Below are positions 1 through 13,595 of a stretch of DNA of 64,000 nt, piece after piece. Position 1 is the stretch's first letter. The number at the start of each line of letters is the position of its first letter. The stretch spans positions 79,174,001-79,238,000 of the forward strand of contig OZ024741.1 in the NCBI GenBank assembly GCA_964016885.1. The letters are read 5' to 3'. The notes under the pieces are model-generated. The model was not told the origin of the DNA. It searched no databases and saw only the letters and a list, made by a program, of their open reading frames with translations. The translations under genes and the position numbers were made by a program. This DNA comes from Eledone cirrhosa (Eukaryota).

Positions 1-1568
1 TTCAGACATTAATCTTGATCGGGGGAATGTGATAAGAGAACTTGATCAAGAGGAAACTTACAAATATCTAGGTGTTTGTGAAGGAGACGGAATCAAGCAC
101 TCGACAATGAGGGAAAGGATAAGGAAGAAATGTTACCGCAGAGTAAGAGCAATCTTAAGAACGGAATTGAATGCAAGGAATAGGATCGATGCCATAAATA
201 CGCTTGCCATACCAGTAGTAACCTACAGTTACAATGTCATCAACTGGTCAAGCACAGAGATCCGTAGGCTCGATACAAAAACTAGAAAATTCTTAACCAT
301 GCACAGAATGCATCACCCTAAGGCAGATACAGATAGAATATATCTCCCTAGGTAAGAAGGAGGACGTGGGTTAATCCAGTTAGACATTGTGTTGAAAACT
401 GCAACAATTGGGTTATCTACATATCTAAGGGAATAACATGATTGGATGATCAAACTCGTTTTGAAACACGAAAGCATCAAAAGATCATATTCCATTACAA
501 AAGATGCACAAAGATACAGTAATGGACTACAAATTTCAGAAGTCCCATTTACTGCTGAAATGGAAAACACAGAAAAAGCAAAGCAGGTAAAAGTAACTGC
601 AAAGAAAGAACTGCTACAGAAACTGGCTAAGAAATGGCAAGAAAAGCCTCTGTATGGAAAATACCCAGAACGACCTAACAATCCTGATGTCGACAAAACT
701 TTAACCCATCAGTGGTTGGCATCCTCTGGACTGAAATCGGAGACTGAAGGACTGATTATATCAGCACAAGATCAGTGTCTGCCAACAAAAAATTACCAAG
801 CCAACATAATAAAAAATGGATGCAGCCCATTATGCCGTGTATGTAAAAAACAACCAGAGACCATTGACCATATAATTTCAATGTGCAGTCCTATAGCTCC
901 AACCGAATACCTAAACAAGCATGACAGAGCTGCACAATACATACATTGGATAATGTGTAAGCATTTTGACCTGCCTTATCAAAAGAATTGGTGGGAGCAT
1001 CAACCACCTCCCATACTTGAAAAAGATCACATCTCAATCTTGTGGAACTTTAGCATCCAAACAGACCGAAAAATAGATGCAAATAGACCTGATAGAATAT
1101 TGAAGGACTTTAAAAAGAGGGTATGCCTGCTAATTGATATGTCCGTTCCAATAGACAAGAATGTATCTATAAAAACATTTGAAAAATTAAGCAAGTATAA
1201 GGACCTAGAGATAGAAATTGGAAAAATGTGGAAATTGAGAACTAAAACAATACCAGTGGTTGTAGGCGCTCTAGGAATGATACCTAAGGGGTCTAATGAT
1301 TACTTATCGCAAATCCCAGGAAACCCGCGTATAGGAGAAATACAAAAGATAGTACTAATGGGAACTGCCCATATACTAAGGAAGATTCTGTCAATATAAG
1401 TACATCACAAGTCTAAACACCTAAAGATGCATGTGTGAGTATGTATGTTCTTTCTTGAACATGGCGGACCTTGTTGTCTCTTGAGGTCACTGGTTGTGAC
1501 TTGGTGATAACTCGTATGAACATAAAGCAAGATAAATGCAGCTGTAATAATAATAATAATAATAATAA
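1..1568 (+). mobile_element. R4/Dong-clade non-LTR retrotransposon, 3' part (RT C-terminus, CCHC knuckle, restriction-like endonuclease), pseudogenised
   Basis: ORFs 29-355 and 446-1399 are one frame broken by in-frame TAA stops (YLPR*EGGRGL). Motifs YKYLG, CRVC..ETIDHIISMC, HD, RPD..LIDMSVP..KLSKYKDL, PVVVGALG. The 3' UTR ends in (TAA)n at ~1545-1568, typical of Dong/R4. Confidence 0.9.
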
Positions 1569-2411
1569 TGTCCGTTTACAATTGTTTTGCTACTCCATAT
1601 AATGTTTTTGGATCAAATGATAATAGATCACTATTGATCTGGTTCAGTTGAAAATAATTTACTTATGTACAATTAGAGCAGCTCATCGGAACTTCAAAAG
1701 GAATATAAATTAAAATAAGGAAAGAATGTTACATGAATGTAATGTTCCATATATTGGTATTTCACTATGGTGTCCTGGGTATATATATTGTCTGCCATAG
1801 TCGAGCAGTATTCTTCTGTCGAGGCTGCATTGTGTGAGATCTGCCTATGAGTAACAAGATGGCCGCCAATGGACATATTTACTTTACTAATTAGAGGGTG
1901 GTTTCAGGGAAAGTAACTCCTCGAGAAATTAGAAATTGTGGGTAGTTTATAGTTAAGAAGTGCTAATTTTTTAATTTTTTAATTGAGAGACAATGTAAGG
2001 GAGGTAACTTCTAATTATCTAAGCTAGCTATAACAATTTAACATATTAGCTATAAGTAAAAGTGGGGCTAGATGACTATATTGGGTCAAATATTCTGTTG
2101 GCGAAGGAATTAGTCCTTCGATGTTGACAGCTAATAGTTACCTCCGTTCTATCGTTAATCAGTAGAGGTCGTGATAGAGTTATGCAATATGCTTCGGTAA
2201 GACAGAGGTCACAAGAGTTTCTTCGTGAATTGAACGGTTGGGCCCCAGCCAAGATATCCCTAACCTCTGCATGAACCCAGCCACCTAGCTGCCTTCCACT
2301 GCATATTGCACATTGAGCACATTCCCTTACGCTTTGGCTTCTAACTAATTCACCAATCTCCTATCTCCTCTCCTATCTCCATCTCTCCCTTTAATATTAG
2401 TTACTCTTGAA

Positions 2412-3719
<1,308 letters not shown>

Positions 3720-4161
3720 TTATGGTCCATCTGGTTCCTTACCACAATCCCTTCGTTATATATATATATAGATATATAGATATATAACTTTGATAGGTTT
3801 CGGCCAGCATTGGCCCAGGCCATATATATATATATATATATATATTGTTGTATGGACTGGGAATCGAACTCACAACCTCATTGTTGTATGGACTGTTAAA
3901 TTTCTATTCAATTTACACGTGCTCACACATTTGCATATGAATCACGTGACCTGGGCAGTCAGTCAGCGTTGGTATTAAAATCTCGGTCACAGACTGCTAC
4001 TTACTTACTTTATGTTATTCTGCTACTGCGAGGAGGGGCGTTTTGGTTGTTTCGCAAATTACACAAATTAGTTGATATAACTCGTTGTGTTTTCTCTGCG
4101 AGTACCGAGAGGAATACAACATATATATTTTTTTTTTACAACGTAAACAACACAGTACAAT

Positions 4162-4235
4162 TATTCCATTACCAAAGGTTTCAGGAAACTAGGCGATCCT
4201 TACAGAAACGTCCAGCTCGTTCATCAAATGAAATA
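4162..4235 (-). ncRNA. Hammerhead ribozyme motif (core TTGATGA in this copy)
   Basis: Minus strand: tatttcat-TTGATGA-long stem II-GAAA-cc ttt gg-TA-atggaata. The copy at 9667-9735 has an intact CTGATGA; another copy lies at 10149-10221 (+). Confidence 0.6.
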
Positions 4236-4810
4236 GTTATGTCTTGGATATAAGATTTTAAATTAATATCTATTAAAAATGAAAGTGAGGCTGAGTTGAA
4301 ACATCTTATAACGGAAAAAGAATATATACATATGTACACACACATTTAAATATACATACATGTACACAGACACACACAAATACACACACATACACACATA
4401 TACATATATATATATATATATGTATGTGTATATGTGTGTGTATGTGCATATGTGTGTATATATGCATATTTGTATATATATGGGTGTTTGTATATCTTTG
4501 TATGTATACATGTATGTATGTATTTATAACATGTTTATGCGTGCCTGTCTGCCTAATATGTGTATATATGTGTATGTCCACATTCCATTTTTGTATATAT
4601 CTTTACACCGACTTATATAGTATATGTGCACGTGCATATGTATATCTGTGTGTGTGCATATATATATGTGTGTGTGTGTGCATATGTGTGTATATGTGTA
4701 TATATATAATTGTTTTTATATATATTTATGTATGTGCGTGCATTTATTTGTATGTATGTGCTTATATATGCGTATGTGTTTTATATATGTGTATGTATGT
4801 CTCTCTCTCC

Positions 4811-4900
<90 letters not shown>

Positions 4901-5084
4901 ATATATATGTGCGTGTTTTTATATTTGTATGTGTATATATGTGTGCATGTGGTTGTCTGGCGAAATACTGTATCTTTCATTTTTATGTATCTTTATTTTT
5001 ACTTTTTATTTATTATTATTTTTTATATATTTTTATTTTATTTTCATCTTCATTTTTTATCATATATATATATATACACACCCC

Positions 5085-7059
5085 ATAATTAAGATGTCCT
5101 CAGATATATGTGACAGTACAGAGGACCTCCTAAGCAGAATCAATGAGTGCAACAAAACAAAAAATTAACTGACTGCATAATAGGCAGTATGGATGTGGTA
5201 TCACTGTACCCATCCATTAACATTGATTTTGCTGTGGAAAAATGTCTGGAAATAACCATGACCTTAGCTATCTCTGCCTCAATAGGCCCATAAGAGGTAG
5301 ACCCCCCCCCCCCACACCATAACCTCAATGGCTAAAAAGACTCCCATGGGAAGATGGAATGGATGGACCAAAGCCATACGGACACCCCAGAACAATGATC
5401 AGGTGAGAAAATGGTCGCATATGAAATAGGGGCTAGTGTTAAAACTACTCTAAAGGGCCATATGTTTAAATGTAACGAAAAGATTTACACCCAGAATGAT
5501 GGAGCAGCCATTGTCGTCAGCATAACTGGTGATATTGCCAATCTATTTATGGTATGGTGGGAAAGGAGACTCAAAGAACACTTTGAAGAGAGCTCCATAG
5601 ACCTCGTCATGTACTCTCGTTGCGTAGACGCTATTAATATTGTAATAAGAACACCCCACAAGAGAGTACTAATGAACATGATTTAGAAGATAGCACAATG
5701 GAAAGCATCCGGCAGATAACTACCTCCATACAGCAGTGTATAGTTGTAACTGTTGACTACCCTTCCAAACACCCTAACAATAGACTACCAGTATTAGACA
5801 CGGAACTCTGGATAACAATATAGACGAGAGGGCCCAAATTCTCCACTCACACTATGCTAAACCCATGGCCTCCAAATACCTGATACTAAAAAACTCAGCA
5901 CTGTCCAATAGTGCTAAGTTTAATATCCTGATCGCAGATTTGGTACGAGTGATGAAGAATGTGTCCCGCATGTGCGACCCAACTCAAATGGAAAAACACA
6001 TCCAACACTTCATCAACCGCATGCAGTTATCTGGTTACAACCAAAGAGACAGAATCAGAGTATACAAAGGAGCCACGGAGAAGTATAAGACCCTCATAGA
6101 AATGGACACGAAAGGAATTTGCCCATTATACAGGAGCAAATCATGGAATAGCTTAGATAGGAGTAAACATAAGATAGGGAAAGCCACCTCATGGTACGAC
6201 AACCAGAGATACCAGAGTGTCATGTTCGTGGACGCTACCCCTGGAGGGAAATTAGCTAACCAGTGTAGAAAGGCCCTGAGAAAGACCTACTTAAAGATTA
6301 AAGTGGTAGAAAAGCCAGGAACTATCATAAAATCCCTGATCAGTAAAACATACCCTTTTAAGAAAATCCACTTTACTAATAAGAAATGTGTTTATATGTA
6401 AAATGAACCCCCAGATAAACTGTAAAACTAGAAATGTAGTCTATAGCATAAGATGTACAGAGGGTACTTGCAGAAATATGACAAGGACATACATAGGTGA
6501 GACAGCTCGAAGCATAGGAGAAATAATAAACCAACACTGGGGGAATTAAAAGGACAAAAAACCGGTTCAGTACTATACGAACACGCCTGACATGACGGTA
6601 ATATAGACAATATAGAAATTAAAATAATATCTAAACATAGAAATGACTCAACAGGTAGGCAAATCAGAGAAGCAAGTGAAATAGAGCTTAGAAGACCAAA
6701 GTTAAACAGAAAAAACAAATGGAATAACAACAACAACCATACCCAAACAAACAATACTGACTTAAGGGAAATATAAATAAATAGATATATACACAAGTAC
6801 AATAACAACAAACGCATATAAACACACACTAGTAAACAAAGATACAATACAAAAACCAAAACATATACACTCAAACGCGAACACACACACCAAACATTAC
6901 ACACACACGCAAACGCATGCGCATGCGCATAGACGGGGACAAGAATAAATAAATAAATTAAATTAAAATGGCGTAGACATTACAATACAATACAATAGGA
7001 AGGAACATAATAATAGTACCACTGATGATGTTGCAGATGTGCAACGAAAGAAGTTTGTT

Positions 7060-7064
<5 letters not shown>
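5085..7064 (+). mobile_element. Penelope-like element (probably Naiad-type), decayed RT + GIY-YIG with 3' HHR
   Basis: Frameshifted RT motifs IGSMDVVSLYPSI, IYTQNDGAAI..GDIANLFM, YSRCVDAI. HYAKPMASK..FVDATPGG..KVVEKPG. GIY-YIG VVYSIRC..YIGETARS. HHR core at 7022. Ends in (TA)n. Confidence 0.85.
7015..7052 (+). ncRNA. Hammerhead core + stem II in PLE pLTR
   Basis: CTGATGA-t gttgca gatg tgcaac-GAAA. Copies with CTGACGA at ~12695 and ~48397; relatives at 51162 (+) and 12455-12483 (-). Stems I/III not resolved by eye. Confidence 0.55.
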
Positions 7065-7107
<43 letters not shown>

Positions 7108-7147
7108 TATAAATATTAATAAAATAGATGTTCTTTTGATCAATTAC

Positions 7148-7200
7148 ATTTTATTATACATATTTCGGATGTACAACTGTACGTCCTCATCAGACAAAAT
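7148..7200 (-). ncRNA. Minimal type I hammerhead ribozyme
   Basis: Minus strand: attttgt-CTGATGA-ggacgtac agtt gtacatcc-GAAA-tatgta-TA-ataaaat. Confidence 0.85.
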
Positions 7201-7756
7201 ATAATGATACATGACATACCCTGAGATGTTAAATGGTTAAGATTTAATCAAGGTAGTGATTAACCTAAGAGAAAATTTAATATATATACCCTAATTATGA
7301 GAAAATGCGAAAACGTAATAAATTCATTAGAGAATGTGTGAGTAAGAAAAACGTTGCTTAATGTAACTGTTATAGAGATTTTAAAATGTATGACACTACA
7401 ATATATCTAGGAAAACATCTCATGAATGATAACAGCCAGTGATAGCCACTGGAAAAGGATTTATAAAGAGGGAAAGATAAGGGGAGGGGGTGATATATGC
7501 AGAAGGAGATTTTTTCCGAAAGTTAAACGGTTAAATATGAAAATATTTAATTTGTAATATTAGGGTGAAGACTCAAGATTTCGGGATTTTTGCTGGTTAT
7601 TTATATATTAGTTTTATAAATTCAATAAGTGTGTTATCATTTCTAAGCTTCTGAGTTTTATGAGGGTAACATTTAAAGGATTTAGCTGGCACATCAAGAA
7701 TGAAATATTATACTGTTGATTATTTTCCTAAATTTAAACTTTAACAAAGATACCAA

Positions 7757-8390
7757 CATATTAGGTATGTAAAGCTTTTGAAGTACTTATTGTTATAAAT
7801 ATTTAAATAACGATTATGTATATAGATATATATTAATGAGCCAGTATATTTTAGGTAAATAATAACGACGAAGATAAAAATAAAATAAAATAATAGATTG
7901 AGGCATGTTAAGATTAAATATACACCTATATATAACTGGGTGTAAATGTATTAATTATTCTTTAACGAAGATGCCATCATATTAGGTGTGTAAAGCTTCT
8001 GAAGTATTTATTGTTAGAAATATTTAAATAACGATTATGTATATAGATATATATTAATGAGCCAGTATATTTTAGGTAAATAATAACGAAAATAAAAATA
8101 AAATAATAGATTGAGGCATGTTACGGTTAAATATACACCTATATATAACAGGGTGTAAATGCATTAATTATTCTTAGTTCAGAGTGTATGTAATCAAGAA
8201 ATTTAGAAGTTAACTAAAAATTATGTATAGGAAGATATAGGGAGGTATATATATAGATATATATTAGGTATTAGTGGTGCAGTATACTTGAGGTAAATGA
8301 TAACGGTTATAATTTTATAAAATAGAGTTCAACGTGTTACATTTAAATACATATATATATATATATGAAAAACAATAAGTGCATGGATAA
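7757..8390. repeat. Tandem duplication of ~220-bp unit (2 close copies + 1 divergent)
   Basis: catattagg..aaagctt..gaagta..ataacgattatgtatatag..gagccagtatattttaggtaaataataacg..tacacctatatataac at ~7757 and ~7978; a divergent third copy at ~8220. Confidence 0.8.
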
Positions 8391-8500
8391 TTCAGAGTTC
8401 AAAATAATGTCTATAATAATTTTTAGTTTGGTTATTTTCTCTATATTTGAATCATGTATATAGAAATGTGGTAGGTATATTTAAAAATATTTTAAAATAT

Positions 8501-8834
8501 AAGTAAGAATATTTTCGAAACAGCGAGTGGGTTTGAAATTATTAGAAATGTAAGTTATCGCCGTATTTTGACTAAAGAAATTAAAGAAATTATTAAAGAA
8601 ATTATTAAAGAAATTATTTAGCCTGATAGTGGGGTTAAGAACCCTCGGAGAAATGGAAAAAGATGAGTATTGACGTACATCGACTCCCATGTACGTCAAT
8701 ACTCATCTTTTTCCATTTCTCCGAGGGTTCTTAACCCCACTATCAGGCTAAATAATTTCTTTAGTCAAAATACGGCGATAACTTACATTTCTAATAATTT
8801 CAAACCCACTCGCTGTTTCGAAAATATTCTTACT
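8501..8834. repeat. Inverted repeat (hairpin), loop ~8681-8688
   Basis: aagtaagaatattttcgaaac...tattgacgtacat / atgtacgtcaata...gtttcgaaaatattcttactt. A third, direct copy of the right arm is at 8943-9070. Confidence 0.9.
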
Positions 8835-8888
8835 TGACATTACAGTCGCTAAGTTTATAGCTTCTAATTTGAATGGAAAAAGACGGGT

Positions 8889-8960
8889 GATGTGTTGGTG
8901 TAAATGGTAGCACAGTGGTCCGGATAACCAAAGATATGTGTTCGACTTCCATGTACGTCA
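8889..8960 (+). tRNA. tRNA-like cloverleaf (pseudo-tRNA or SINE head)
   Basis: Acceptor gatgtgt/gtacgtc; D stem gtgt/gcac with A-box TGGTGTAAATGG; anticodon stem tggt/acca with loop ccggata; T arm atgtg-TTCGACT-tccat (cccat in the 8680 copy); TTTTT ~10 nt downstream. Confidence 0.55.
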
Positions 8961-9315
8961 ATACTCATCTTTTTCCATTTCTCCGAGGGTTCTTAACCTC
9001 ACTATCAGGCTAAATAATTTCTTTAATTTCTTTAGTCAAAATACGGCGATAACTTACATTTCTAATAATTTAAAAATATATAAAATATAATATATAATTA
9101 CATACATATTATAATACATTATATTATAAATAAGAGATCAAAAACGCAGCAAAAATTGACATTTATATATGTTTGAATCTGTTTAAGTAAGTATATTTAA
9201 AAAAAATATATATACATATACTATATTATATTATACTATAAATAAGAGATCAAAAACTCATTATTATCTGTTATTATTTCTGGCAATATAATTACAACAA
9301 TATGACCCTCCCCAA

Positions 9316-9353
<38 letters not shown>

Positions 9354-9474
9354 TTGGGGAGGGTCATATTGTTGTAATTATATTGCCAGAAATAATAACA
9401 GAACACACTCACTGTTTGGTTGGTTTTCGCTTCTATATCTCCATAGTTAATTTATTTGGCAATCAACGTTCATC

Positions 9475-9526
<52 letters not shown>

Positions 9527-9665
9527 TTTTATACGTTGTTAATCTATGTGTATGCATATATGTGAGCGTACGTAGATGTGTGTGCGTGTGTGTGTGTGTG
9601 TATTTATGTATATATGTGTGTGCTTATGTCTATATATATGTATGACCATATATATATATATATAT

Positions 9666-10310
9666 ATTCCATTAGCAAAGGTTTCAGGAAACTAGATGAT
9701 CCTTACACAAATGTCCAGCTCGTTCATCAGATGAAATAGTTATGTGTTTTGGATATAAGATTTGCAATTAATATCTATTAAAAATGAAAGTGAGTTAAAA
9801 TAACATCTTATAACGGAAAAAATATATACACATGTACAAACACATTTAAATATACATACATGTACATACATAAAAATAGATGTGCGCATCTATACGTACA
9901 TCCAAGTACACTCTTACATAAGTAGGTGTGTGGATGTATTTGTGCATATGTATCAATGTGTATATGTGGCTGATGCTTTTATATACTTATGTAAGAGTGT
10001 ATTTGGATGTACGTATAGATGTGGACATGTATTTTTATGTGTGTGTACATGTGTATATATATTTTTCTGTTATAAGGTGTTATTTTAACTTAGCCTCACT
10101 TTCATTTTTAATAGATATTAATTTCAAATCTTATATCCAAAACATAACTATTTCATTTGATGAACGAGATGGACATTTCTGTAAATATCGTCTAGTTTCC
10201 TGAAACCTTTGGTAATGGAATGATTATATTGTGTGGTTTATTATGTAATTAAATAGCTCTGTACTCTACATAGAGCACTTTTCTTTCCTTTACCTTTTCT
10301 ACAGAAATAC
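9666..10310. mobile_element. Fold-back non-autonomous PLE fragment with an HHR in each arm
   Basis: 9666-~9870 is the reverse complement of ~10030-10221. HHRs at 9667-9735 (-) and 10149-10221 (+). Confidence 0.75.
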
Positions 10311-10311
10311 T

Positions 10312-10351
<40 letters not shown>

Positions 10352-10475
10352 GTATATATACATATCTAAGCACATACATACAAATAAATGCACACACATA
10401 CATAGATATATAAAAACAATTACATATATACACATATACACACAAACACACACACACACACAAATATATATATAT

Positions 10476-12318
10476 ATAAGATCAATAGATGGTTAAAAGA
10501 GTTCCAAGTATTTTATTATGCGCATTTCAAAAACAAATATCATCATGAGATGATATCTGCGTTTTCATCAGATAAAATAGGGATACATGATATGAAGGTT
10601 AAAAAACACTTGTGAATAGTGAAGTTTTAAATCAACATATGAAAAATAATTTAAGATTGATGTGTGATATTGGGAAAAAGTGAGAGGGGTGGGGTGGAAA
10701 GGGTGAGAAAGAGGAGGAGATGAGAGTAGAGAATGGTGGGGGAGGAGTATAAGAAGGAAGGGTGATAGAGAGAGAGAGAGATAGCCTTTGCAACTGAGAA
10801 AAATATATATTGTCTCACAGAGAGAAGTTAAAAAACCGTTGGAAGATAATAGATAATTTAAAAGAATTTGAAATTAAAAGATGATGAAGAGAAAAAAGGG
10901 GGTTAAGAATAATATTAAATTAAGGTTTGTATATTGAAGGGTTTAATAATATGTGCGAGGAAAAGAAATTGTTAATATGTATTATTAAAATAAAAATATT
11001 AATGTTATTTAGGATATACTGTGAAAAGAAGTAGAAGAGTGGATGAGTTATGAATTTAGAGGAATTATTTAGTGTTTAAGTTTTTTTATTATGTAATGTA
11101 ATATGTGTGCATTATATATGTAAATAGTTTGTTTACAAATTCTATATCATTCCATTTCATCACTTTCCTTTCTTCTTTTTTCTTTTTAATTTCTAACCTC
11201 TAATCTGTACTTTTCTTCCTAACCACTTCTCAATTCTTATTATTACTCACCACAACATATCCATCTTTCTTCATATCATTGGCCATAAAATTATTATTAC
11301 CTTTTAAATACATTATAGTATTACCTTTAATAATCCTTCGTAAACATAAACATTTTTTTTTACATTAGATTTTTCCTCCTTAATTCCTTATATTTGTGTT
11401 CCTTTCATGCTCGTCTGACTTTTACATATTACATACTACAATACATAAAAACAAACCCTAACTAATCTCCTTTATTATATTATATTATATTATAAATATT
11501 TCGAAAACATATATATTTTGATGTTAGATTTTTTCTTTCTTAAACATTATTATCTTCTTTGTTTTCTGCGCTCATTTGTAAACAAACTATTTACATATAT
11601 AACGCACACATATTACATTACATAAAAACAAACTTAAACACTAAATAATTCCTCTAAATTCATAACTCATCCACTCTTCTACTTCTTTTCACAGTATATC
11701 CTTAATAACATTAATATTTTTATTTTAATAATACATATTAACAATTTCTTTTCCTCGGACATATTATTAAACCCTTCAATATAAAAACCTTAATTTAATA
11801 TTATTCTTAACCCCCCTTTTTCTCTTCATCAACTTTTAATTTCAAATTCTTTTAAATTATCTATTATCTTCCAACGGCTTTTTAACTTCTCTCTGTGAGA
11901 CAATATATATTTTTCTCAGTTGCAAAGGCTATCTCTCTCTCTCTATCACCCTTCCTTCTTATACTCCTCCCCCACCATTCTCTACTCTCATCTCCTCCTC
12001 TTTCTCACCCTTTCCACCCCACCCCTCTCACTTTTTCCCAATATCACGCATCAATCTTAAATTATTTTTCATATGTTGATTTAAAACTTCACTATTCACA
12101 AGTGTTTTTTAACCTTCATATCATGTATCCCTATTTTATCTGATGAAAACGCAGATATCATCTCTGATATTTGTTTTTGAAATGCGCATAATAAAATACT
12201 TGGAACTCTTTTAACCATCTTTTGATCTTATATTATTTATACTCCAGTCCTACAAACTGTAGAGTGCTACTTATCCGATATTTGCATTGCTTTATTGTAC
12301 TACAATAAAACGCACCTC

Positions 12319-12320
<2 letters not shown>
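10476..12320. mobile_element. Fold-back PLE-derived element (arms ~10476-11140 / ~11574-12232, plus right tail)
   Basis: Arms are near-identical reverse complements. HHRs at 10510-10579 (-) and 12132-12198 (+). TA flanks. Confidence 0.85.
12132..12198 (+). ncRNA. Minimal type I hammerhead ribozyme
   Basis: tattttat-CTGATGA-aaacgcagatatc..gatatttgttttt-GAAA-tgcgca-TA-ataaaata; palindromic loop III. Copies at 10510-10579 (-), 13722-13790 (-), 16004-16074 (+). Confidence 0.85.
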
Positions 12321-12353
<33 letters not shown>

Positions 12354-12523
12354 CACACACACACACATATATATTCTTATGCTTTGGGAGGGTCATGTTG
12401 CCAATAAGAAACACACGCACCAGTTGCTTTTACTTCAATGTATTGTCAAAGTTCTTTCGTCACACATTATGTGACCTCTTCAGTGACTGGGGATTATTTT
12501 CTTTGTTTTCAAATTCAGAAACG

Positions 12524-12576
<53 letters not shown>

Positions 12577-12579
<3 letters not shown>

Positions 12580-13000
12580 CTTGGGGAGGGTCATATTTGT
12601 GTAATATTGCCAGAATTAATAACAGAACACACTCAGAGACTGAATAAAAAATGGCGTAGACATACAACACAACAGGAGGAAAATATAACACCACTGACGA
12701 TGTTGCAGATGTGCAACGAAAGATTTATGTAAATTATGTAAACTATATATATGTGTTTGTGTCTATATTGTATCTGTATTATTTTTGACCGTCGGTCAGT
12801 CAATGGCAACATTGAGGACCGAGTAAGCTAGATTACAGATATAAAAGACAGCGAGAAGCGAAAACCAACCAAACAGTGAGTGTGTTCTGTTATTAATTCT
12901 GGCAATATTACACAAATATGACCCTCCCCAAGTATAACAATATTTGTTTCGACACACGATATCATATAAAAAACCTCGCTAAACTAGAACGTATCCCCCG
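12577..13000 (+). mobile_element. Solo pLTR of the Naiad-like PLE with short inverted 5' piece
   Basis: 12647-12987 matches 48344-48690. 12577-12633 is the reverse complement of 12878-12935. Confidence 0.8.
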
Positions 13001-13016
13001 CGATAAACGGGGATTA

Positions 13017-13068
<52 letters not shown>

Positions 13069-13334
13069 GCTTTAAGTACATATAAACTCATTAAAACACA
13101 CTTTTGTATTTAAACACCAAAAACAGCCAGTAACGATCATCTAGAAACTACCACCAATGATCGTACCACTAGTTACCAATGACGACCATTACCAACCACG
13201 TTAGCCGCTTGGTAATATACTGCACATCTCCTGTCAACCTATGAAGCGTTTGTAGAAAGCTAGAGAAAAACACGATCAGTAAAACAGTAATGGAATGAAA
13301 AATAAAAACATTTTTATAGTTAAAGCCTTAACCT

Positions 13335-13459
13335 TCTAATGAAAAATGCGCGATGTAGCGAGAATTACCGCGATAGGAAATTAGATATGTTCCAAATAAA
13401 AATCCGCGATGTAACGGGACCGCGAAAAGTGAACCACGATATAGCGGAGGATTACTGTA
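13335..13459. mobile_element. TcMar-Tigger/pogo-like terminal inverted repeat (MITE end)
   Basis: ..ccgcgaaaagtgaaccacgatatagcggaggattACTG|TA; reverse complement begins CAGTAATCC. A similar end ..cgcgataaacggggattACTG|TA lies at 12996-13021. Confidence 0.6.
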
Positions 13460-13478
13460 TATATATATATACATATAC

Positions 13479-13588
<110 letters not shown>

Positions 13589-13595
13589 GTATATA

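Noticed and set aside
10476-12320. Fold-backs as TA-targeting MITEs/DNA transposons with long TIRs
   Set aside because: Termini are asymmetric, arm lengths differ between copies, and arms carry PLE-type HHRs and GIY-YIG remnants.
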